From a virus (Duplodnaviria; Caudoviricetes): a stretch of DNA of 64,000 bases. The translations under genes were made by a program, and so were the position numbers. The notes below the pieces were generated by a model. The model was given only the letters and a program-made list of their open reading frames with translations, searched no databases and was not told the origin of the DNA. Within the stretch, counting starts at the first letter, position 1, and each line of letters begins with the position of its first letter. The stretch spans positions 32,001-96,000 of the IMG/VR virus record IMGVR_UViG_3300033069_000781. One strand, given 5' to 3'. Positions 57,905-64,000 of this stretch are shown piece after piece.

Positions 57905-58126
57905 ATGGAAGCTAAAATTAAATCAGTTAATCAGGCTGAAGAGAAGTTTGTGGATAAATGTGCAATTGAAGCAATGAGCGCATTGATTAAAACAATTCCA
58001 CAGTATACACCCACCCGATATAATGGTAGAGCTCCAACCATAGACTCCATCCCTTACACAGCTTACTACTTAGCTACATTAATGCTTGAGCAGAAACGTC
58101 GGTATAATCCTCAGTGTATCGAATAA
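57905..58126 (+). CDS. hypothetical phage protein
   Basis: DKCAIEAMSALI...AYYLATLML, a common small phage protein pattern. Confidence 0.65.
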   Translation: MEAKIKSVNQAEEKFVDKCAIEAMSALIKTIPQYTPTRYNGRAPTIDSIPYTAYYLATLMLEQKRRYNPQCIE

Positions 58127-58133
58127 ATCGATT

Positions 58134-58156
58134 AAAGGGCCCATAGCCCTTTTTTT
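58134..58156 (+). terminator. intrinsic terminator
   Basis: AAAGGGC-ccata-GCCCTTTTTTT. Confidence 0.75.
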
Positions 58157-58202
58157 AGCTATTGATGGCTATTAGATCAGAATTGAAGTAATATATAGTA
58201 AC

Positions 58203-60104
58203 ATGAGCTCTATTTACGCCTATGACCTCGCGGGACCCTCAAGCCAGAACTCGGGTTTCCGGTCCTACCCTGATCCATTCCTTATTCATTCCAATATGCT
58301 TATGCCTCGCACGATAAGCGAGGTGATGCGTTGGAATGAATCGATCTGGATACATAATGGTACTTACTCTAGAGCCCTTAAACGGGTAGTAGCCTATTTC
58401 CTAACTAAAGTAGAGGTAACCAACTCTTCAGCTGATGAGCGCAAGAAGTATGAAGAATTCCTAAATGATACCCTTAACATAATCAATACAATGTCCCTTA
58501 TTGGGTCAGATTTCATGTGCTATGGTAACTCCTTTAGTTCATGTATTGTTCCCTTTAAGCGTTTACTTCAATGTACTAATCATAGATGTGGATTTGAGAA
58601 GCCCATTGATGACGTAAAATATGAATTCAGTCCAGGCTCTAATACATTTAAATGGAACTGCGAGTGTTGTAAGAAGGAGTGTTCAACTACCCGTCCAACC
58701 GATCGTAGGGTCTCCGATGAATCTAAACTAAAGATTAAGAGATGGAGCCCACATGAGATCAAGATTATTCATCATCCCATTACAGATACTAATATCTATC
58801 TCTGGGACCCACCTAAAGATATAGTTCAAAGAATTATGTCAGGCGATAAGTTCATACTCAAAGAGACCCCTTGGGAGATGGTGGAAGCGATAACTAAGGG
58901 TAAGATGTTTGAGTTCGCTGAAGGTATAATCTTCCATATGTCTGAGGAATCGTTGAGCGGCCTCAGAACCAATGGCTGGGGCATGTCCCAGACCTTAATC
59001 AACTTCTCACAAGCCTACTATGTACAGATGGCTAAGATGTACAACGAGGTCTTGATGCAGGAGTATATTATTCCATGTAGGGTGGTTTCACCAGCTGCCG
59101 GTAAGACTCCTCAGGATCCCCTACTCAGTACAAATATAGGAGGCTTTAACTCCAAGGTTATACAGATGTTTAATAACCATCGTAGAAACCCTGGTGGCTG
59201 GCATGCTCTACCATTCCCTATTGAATACCAATCATTAGGCGGTGAGGGTATGCAAATGAATACCTATGAGCATATTGGCTTAGCCATGGATGAGTTATTA
59301 AATGCTGCTGGTGTACCTGCTGAGCTTTACAAAGGTAATTTGGAGTATCAAGCCCTACCGGGTGCTCTAAGGCTCTTCCAGGCTACATGGCCTCAATTAG
59401 TTGCTCAATTCAATAGTTGGCTTAACTGGCTAATGGGAACTCTATCAACCGTATATAACTGGGATAGAGCAAAAGCTAAGCTACAGCAAGTAACTTTAGC
59501 TGATGATCTAGAGAAGAGACAATTCTTCATGCAGTTAATGGCTGGTAATAAGTTGAGCGCTGAGACCGCCCTAGCCACTATGGGTGTAGACGCTAAGGAT
59601 GAATTAGGCAAGATAATGGATGAGCGTAAGGAACTCGCTGAGGCTGAAGCTAAGTTCAATGAGGAGATGTCCCAGAAGCAGGAGCTTCAAGATATCTTTA
59701 TGGCGGGTGGTCAACCCATGCCGGGTCAGGCACCCCCCGGAGGTGCAATGGGTGGGATGGCTGGTTCACCTGCCGCTGGACCAAGTAGTAGTGGTGGTGG
59801 TGGGGCAGCCGCTGCTGGAGATCCTTCACAGATGCCTGGTGGTGCCGGACAGGACCCCGCGCTCAACTTCTCATCTCAAGGTATGACTCCTGAGGATATG
59901 ATGGGGCAGGCCGAGCAGATCTCGACCCAATTGCTCCGTATGCCTTACGAACAACGTAGGACTCAGATGAAGCAATTGAAGGATAGCAATAAGACCCTGC
60001 ACTCATTGGTCAAAGCTAAGATGGAAGATATCAGGGGTCAAGCTAGTTCAGAGGGTGGTTACCAAGCTCTACAGACCATGGTTGGTGGAGCCCCAACTAG
60101 CTAA
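58203..60104 (+). CDS. putative portal protein with Zn-ribbon insertion
   Basis: DFMCYGNSF, RWSPHEI, IFHM...GWGMS, PIEYQSLG, AAGVPAEL in portal-like order; coiled coil and Gly/Pro-rich tail. Confidence 0.7.
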   Translation: MSSIYAYDLAGPSSQNSGFRSYPDPFLIHSNMLMPRTISEVMRWNESIWIHNGTYSRALKRVVAYFLTKVEVTNSSADERKKYEEFLNDTLNIINTMSLIGSDFMCYGNSFSSCIVPFKRLLQCTNHRCGFEKPIDDVKYEFSPGSNTFKWNCECCKKECSTTRPTDRRVSDESKLKIKRWSPHEIKIIHHPITDTNIYLWDPPKDIVQRIMSGDKFILKETPWEMVEAITKGKMFEFAEGIIFHMSEESLSGLRTNGWGMSQTLINFSQAYYVQMAKMYNEVLMQEYIIPCRVVSPAAGKTPQDPLLSTNIGGFNSKVIQMFNNHRRNPGGWHALPFPIEYQSLGGEGMQMNTYEHIGLAMDELLNAAGVPAELYKGNLEYQALPGALRLFQATWPQLVAQFNSWLNWLMGTLSTVYNWDRAKAKLQQVTLADDLEKRQFFMQLMAGNKLSAETALATMGVDAKDELGKIMDERKELAEAEAKFNEEMSQKQELQDIFMAGGQPMPGQAPPGGAMGGMAGSPAAGPSSSGGGGAAAAGDPSQMPGGAGQDPALNFSSQGMTPEDMMGQAEQISTQLLRMPYEQRRTQMKQLKDSNKTLHSLVKAKMEDIRGQASSEGGYQALQTMVGGAPTS

Positions 60105-60112
60105 AGCTATAC

Positions 60113-60158
60113 CTTAATAAATACACTAAATGTGTCATATTATAGTGCTGATGATTAG
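60113..60158 (+). promoter_or_regulatory. conserved bipartite promoter-like motif, copy 4
   Basis: CTTAATAA-13nt-GTCATATTATAGTGCTGATGATTAG; the last 25 nt are identical to copy 2. Confidence 0.8.
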
Positions 60159-60207
60159 CTCTTGTTGAGCTAATCATTTTCATATAGCAATAAAGGAGTA
60201 ATAGGGA

Positions 60208-60426
60208 ATGAATATTGGTACTGAGTATACGCAGGATATGATCGCACAATGTATTGAGGATCTCTACACTGGGAGCCTTCTGAGCTTTACAACACCTCCG
60301 ATCTTGGAGGCTACTCCTATCGAGATCATGGCTGGGATGCTGGGTGTCGATAGGCCCATTACTATTCGTGTAATGGATGAGCGCATGCCATCGGAGTATT
60401 GGGTGTGGACTAGGCGTTACGTTTGA
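60208..60426 (+). CDS. small protein, SExWVWT paralog 1
   Basis: AAGGAG RBS; ends PSEYWVWTRRYV. Confidence 0.7.
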   Translation: MNIGTEYTQDMIAQCIEDLYTGSLLSFTTPPILEATPIEIMAGMLGVDRPITIRVMDERMPSEYWVWTRRYV

Positions 60427-60458
60427 ATTGAAATAAACCAAAGTAAAGGATTAAAGAA

Positions 60459-60743
60459 ATGCATATCATGAAAATCCTGTGCAAGAGCCTACTAGAGGCT
60501 GCTGAGCTAGAGACCAATATCCAGAACTGCGTTATAGCCCTAGAGGATGGGGTTATCCTGGAATTTAAGACCACTGTTATATCAACAGACGATCTATTCG
60601 CAATTATGTCTGACGATGGAGAACTTGGACCAGATCCAAACCCCAGTAAAATCACAATCATAACCCGGGGTAAAGTTATGATTCAGTGTGTGAACAAAGG
60701 TGAGTCCTCGGAGCATTGGGTCTGGACTAAAGCAAAGAAATAG
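60459..60743 (+). CDS. small protein, SExWVWT paralog 2
   Basis: AAGGA RBS; ends SSEHWVWTKAKK. Confidence 0.7.
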   Translation: MHIMKILCKSLLEAAELETNIQNCVIALEDGVILEFKTTVISTDDLFAIMSDDGELGPDPNPSKITIITRGKVMIQCVNKGESSEHWVWTKAKK

Positions 60744-60753
60744 GAGTATAGAA

Positions 60754-61029
60754 ATGGCTGTAACAACAAAATCAAAACTTCCAAGCCTCAATGAGAATTG
60801 GGATTGGGACCTCAAAGACGAGAATAGGGTTATAGCTAGACGTAAGGACTTAACCATTACTGTTACCATGCCAAAGGTGTGGGTAATGGATGGTTATACC
60901 TGGGCTACACCTAACATTACCTGGAGTAGTGGTGGGTTCGAGACCATCACAAGTACGGAGGAATTTGCTACCCAGCTACTCTCGGCCATGATATTGGCCA
61001 GAGAACTCGAAAGAGAGTTCTGCAGCTAG
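60754..61029 (+). CDS. hypothetical protein
   Basis: AGGAG then ATG 60754 (MAVTTKSK...). Confidence 0.7.
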   Translation: MAVTTKSKLPSLNENWDWDLKDENRVIARRKDLTITVTMPKVWVMDGYTWATPNITWSSGGFETITSTEEFATQLLSAMILARELEREFCS

Positions 61030-61037
61030 GAGATTTT

Positions 61038-61265
61038 ATGATCTATGATGAAGAGGAAATCAAAAAACTACCTAAAGATGATCTAAGCCATACCGATTCA
61101 TATTGGGTGGAGTTCAATGCATTTGACATAAGGGATAATCTCTGGAAACGTCAAGGTAAACGGTACTATGCTCCCGATAAAGACTCACATGGTGCTGTAA
61201 GGGCGCGTTTCCGGAAAGATATGGGAGGCAGGGCTTACTGTCTAATTGAAGTAGGTTATGAGTAA
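61038..61265 (+). CDS. hypothetical protein
   Basis: AGGAG RBS; 75 aa. Confidence 0.7.
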   Translation: MIYDEEEIKKLPKDDLSHTDSYWVEFNAFDIRDNLWKRQGKRYYAPDKDSHGAVRARFRKDMGGRAYCLIEVGYE

Positions 61266-61298
61266 TTAATTAACCCATAAAACTCAAAAGGAGTAATA

Positions 61299-61991
61299 GT
61301 GATGGATGCAATTATTGATAGAATTAGGGATGTGTCTGTAGGTGAGGCATTGGTTAATCCACCGATGGATCCCAATGGGCCCTTTAAGTTGGCTCTTGTG
61401 GATTGCACCTCAATCTTTGCGCTAATGCGCAGGATGGCCAACGATACTCATAACGTAAGCTACGGGGAATTGAAGAAGATAATTGATCAGCTTGAACGGG
61501 AATGTGTGAATGATCACCCCTTCTCGGAATTTGTGGCAGTTGTTACTATTGACAGAGAGAACCCTGGTCAGGTTCACTATGTTAATACCTTTATCGAGAA
61601 CGCTGGGTTCTTGATCAAAGCGGTGGACTTTAGGTATTGTTACAACGATTTGAGTAGGGGTCCAAAAGACGACAAGCTGCCCAACAAGGAAAGGGACATC
61701 ACTTCGGCATCTACCACGATTGCTTATGAGCTGGGTCAACTGCACTCCTATGAAGATGTGGAGCTGACCATCCTGACCGATAGTGCCGAATTGATCCCAA
61801 TGATCATGGATCTTGTCAGAAGTGACGATAGTCCTATTAGGTCTATCCATTTGATCTGGCCTTCGATCTCAATGGATGCGAGGTGGTCTGAGTACTGGAA
61901 GGCTTGCAGTGAGGCCGGATCGAAACTTAGGTACTCCGACCTCTCGAACTATCTGACTCAGATCCTGATCCCGAAGCGTAATGTCCGTTAA
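61299..61991 (+). CDS. NYN/LabA-like PIN-fold protein (divergent)
   Basis: ALVDCTSIF...ELTILTDSAELIPMI resembles FVDxxN...LxSGDSDFxP. Confidence 0.5.
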   Translation: MMDAIIDRIRDVSVGEALVNPPMDPNGPFKLALVDCTSIFALMRRMANDTHNVSYGELKKIIDQLERECVNDHPFSEFVAVVTIDRENPGQVHYVNTFIENAGFLIKAVDFRYCYNDLSRGPKDDKLPNKERDITSASTTIAYELGQLHSYEDVELTILTDSAELIPMIMDLVRSDDSPIRSIHLIWPSISMDARWSEYWKACSEAGSKLRYSDLSNYLTQILIPKRNVR

Positions 61992-62034
61992 TTTGACCTA
62001 AACAAAGGCCGAATAGAAAGGTAATCAAATAGAA

Positions 62035-63522
62035 ATGAAATGGCTTAACTATATCGTATCTGTATTGATCTGTGCAATCATGCCTATGGTTCATGCCCAG
62101 TCCGGCTTCTCGAACTTCACTGAGGTTCCCACGATCTATGCAAATGATTTGTGTAAGTTTGCGAATCTCTTTAGAGCTGCGAAGTTCAGGCCGATTCAGG
62201 CTGTAATGTTTGGGGATTCTCAAGAGACCTGTCCTGAGGGGTTGGGTGATATTTACATCCCCAGGTTCAACTATGAGTTAGCCTCTCATTATGGGAGTAA
62301 TTCTCCAACTACTCCCTTTGTGAGGCTGAACAATAGCACAGGGACCTCTCCGTACTGTGAGTGGCTTACCAGGGCTGCCAAGGCGGGCCCTGGGGTCGAT
62401 ATCACCCGCTTGCCGGTTACATCGGAACTTCCTGGTTTCAGGGGCATGAAGACCTCTACTACCAATGGTTCCAATGTCAACAACAATCAGTTCTATGGGC
62501 AGTTGATTGCGCTACAACCCTCAGCCTCTGGAGTTAATCCGGGCGCTGCAATCCCAAGCCACAAGTACTTCGATGATTCAGCTGGGGTATATATCGATGT
62601 TATCGGAATTGGCAATCAAACCAGCTCCGGTGAGATCAAGATGAAGATGACAAACAATCTGACCCCAACACCGAACTACTACTCCCCAATTCAATTGGGT
62701 ACTGTAACTACTTCTATGGGGCTTGAAGGAATCACTGGCTTTGTTACCCAGAGGTTTGGTCCCATTACCTACGATACCTCGAAGTTCCTGCAGATCGAGC
62801 TGTCAGGTACCGATGCCTCAAAGTTGACCGACGTCCTCTCGGTTCAGTTCTCCTCGGTTGCTAATCCCTCTGGTTGGACAGTTACGGATATCGCTGAGGG
62901 AGGTTACTATACAGGGTCAATTGCTGCTAACCATCCCGATAGCGGACCCATGCTGGCTGCATTGAACCCTGATGTGGCTTTTGTGACCTATGGGGCCAAC
63001 GATGCCTATGGTTATAACTACACCCCCGCTCAGTATAAGCAGGGTCTGCTTAATATCATTTCCTTCATTAAGACCAATAGTGGTCCTAATGTTTTGATTA
63101 TCCTCATGGCAGATGTCTATAGGGGTCCCAGTGGTGGGAACCCCTCGACCTGGATGGCGGACTACCCCGGGGTTTGCTATGAAATCGCTCAAGCCGATAG
63201 CTCCGTTATGGCTATCAATAGCCGTTTGTTGACTGAGGCGGCTGGTTGGGATCAGGCTCATGCTACGACCTATCTCATCGATCAGGTCCACTATACATCC
63301 ACTGGAGCTATTACTAAGGCCCGTGTTGAGGTTGATGCGCTATGGACCATGTTTGGTTGTTTTGCCGACTTCGATATGGATGGGACCGCTGACTTCTTTG
63401 ACTACGACGCCTATGTCATAGCTTTTGAGAACGGTGATATCTGTTCCGATATCACTGGCGATGGAGCTATCGACTTCTTTGATTATGATGCATTTGTGAT
63501 CATGTTCGAAGAGGGCTGCTAA
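62035..63522 (+). CDS. secreted SGNH/GDSL hydrolase with C-terminal GC-type dockerin-like anchor
   Basis: Signal peptide ..MVHA|Q; blocks FGDSQ, EGG, YGAND, DQVH; C-terminal CFADFDMDGTADFFDYDAYVIAFENG...SDITGDGAIDFFDYDAFVIMFEEGC. Confidence 0.88.
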   Translation: MKWLNYIVSVLICAIMPMVHAQSGFSNFTEVPTIYANDLCKFANLFRAAKFRPIQAVMFGDSQETCPEGLGDIYIPRFNYELASHYGSNSPTTPFVRLNNSTGTSPYCEWLTRAAKAGPGVDITRLPVTSELPGFRGMKTSTTNGSNVNNNQFYGQLIALQPSASGVNPGAAIPSHKYFDDSAGVYIDVIGIGNQTSSGEIKMKMTNNLTPTPNYYSPIQLGTVTTSMGLEGITGFVTQRFGPITYDTSKFLQIELSGTDASKLTDVLSVQFSSVANPSGWTVTDIAEGGYYTGSIAANHPDSGPMLAALNPDVAFVTYGANDAYGYNYTPAQYKQGLLNIISFIKTNSGPNVLIILMADVYRGPSGGNPSTWMADYPGVCYEIAQADSSVMAINSRLLTEAAGWDQAHATTYLIDQVHYTSTGAITKARVEVDALWTMFGCFADFDMDGTADFFDYDAYVIAFENGDICSDITGDGAIDFFDYDAFVIMFEEGC

Positions 63523-63547
63523 GCAAGTAGGTTAGAGGGGGAGATGC

Positions 63548-63583
63548 GCAGGGCGTAGACCTAACGGTTTATGCCCTGTTTTT
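63548..63583 (+). terminator. intrinsic terminator
   Basis: GCAGGGCGTAGACC-taac-GGTTTATGCCCTGT-TTTT. Confidence 0.8.
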
Positions 63584-63973
63584 ATGTGTATACATACAAT
63601 AACTGGTGTAATCGACTGGAATAATAAAGATCAAAAGGAGGGTTGGTGGAGAATCAAATTAGACCCCGGTATATCCTACTATTATAAATGGTTATATGGT
63701 AGGGCTTATAAGTCATGGGATTTACCCATGAATGGGGTTCATTGTACTTTTATTCGCGGCGAGTGGGAGCCACGGATAATTACCCCTAGTGATTTAAGGG
63801 GATACTTGGATGTTGTATTTGAGCTTGAGTATGAGCTACCCATACTGACACATGGAAGATCTTTCTGGATGAACTGTAAATCTCGGGATTTAGATTATGT
63901 AAGAAAGGACTTAGGACTGGATATCTATAAGTGTTCTTATCACATTACACTCGGAACAAACAAAAGGAATTAA
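63584..63973 (+). CDS. 2H phosphoesterase-like protein
   Basis: Two HxT motifs (GVHCTF, SYHITL) about 65 aa apart in 129 aa. Confidence 0.65.
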   Translation: MCIHTITGVIDWNNKDQKEGWWRIKLDPGISYYYKWLYGRAYKSWDLPMNGVHCTFIRGEWEPRIITPSDLRGYLDVVFELEYELPILTHGRSFWMNCKSRDLDYVRKDLGLDIYKCSYHITLGTNKRN

Positions 63974-64000
63974 AGATGCAAGCTACATTGTGGCTTATTA

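Noticed and set aside
48594-60158. Repeated motif as a CRISPR array or mini-array
   Set aside because: Copies are kilobases apart with whole genes between them; there is no repeat-spacer periodicity and no cas gene.
563-63291. Numerous short minus-strand and nested ORFs in the track
   Set aside because: They are shadows of longer + strand genes with recognisable motifs; only 11342-11941 occupies its own space.
1-64000. Stop-codon reassignment, suggested by abundant TAG/CTAG
   Set aside because: Conserved genes are full length in the standard code, and TAG, TGA and TAA all end genes at sensible positions.

Overview
This is 64 kb of a large dsDNA phage genome, probably jumbo-class. It is AT-rich, densely coding, uses the standard code, and has all but one gene on the + strand. 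Replication/recombination genes: 5'-truncated primase, a family A DNA polymerase with a degenerate N-terminal UDG-like domain, a putative SSB with a Gln/Pro-rich tail, RecA/UvsX, RNase H, Dda/RecD-like and SF2 helicases, NAD-dependent ligase and RuvC. The polymerase is split in motif B by a group I intron encoding an HNH endonuclease. Nucleotide metabolism genes: thyX, an NDT-like enzyme, a dNMP kinase, dcd, and a class II RNR carrying a LAGLIDADG intein. Other content: a probable virion depolymerase/fibre module (beta-helix plus GH56-like TIM barrel), an invertebrate-type lysozyme coupled to an unannotated membrane micro-ORF, a GT-A glycosyltransferase, tRNA-Gln(UUG) and a lone portal-like gene. 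From about 48.6 kb there are accessory units, four of them headed by a conserved bipartite motif, CTTAAYAA-N13-GTCATA. The last of these units encodes a secreted SGNH esterase ending in a Phycisphaerales-type 'GC dockerin' anchor. That points to a Planctomycetota (Phycisphaerae) host and suggests the phage uses a host surface-anchoring system. All family calls come from reading motifs by eye; no database searches were run.
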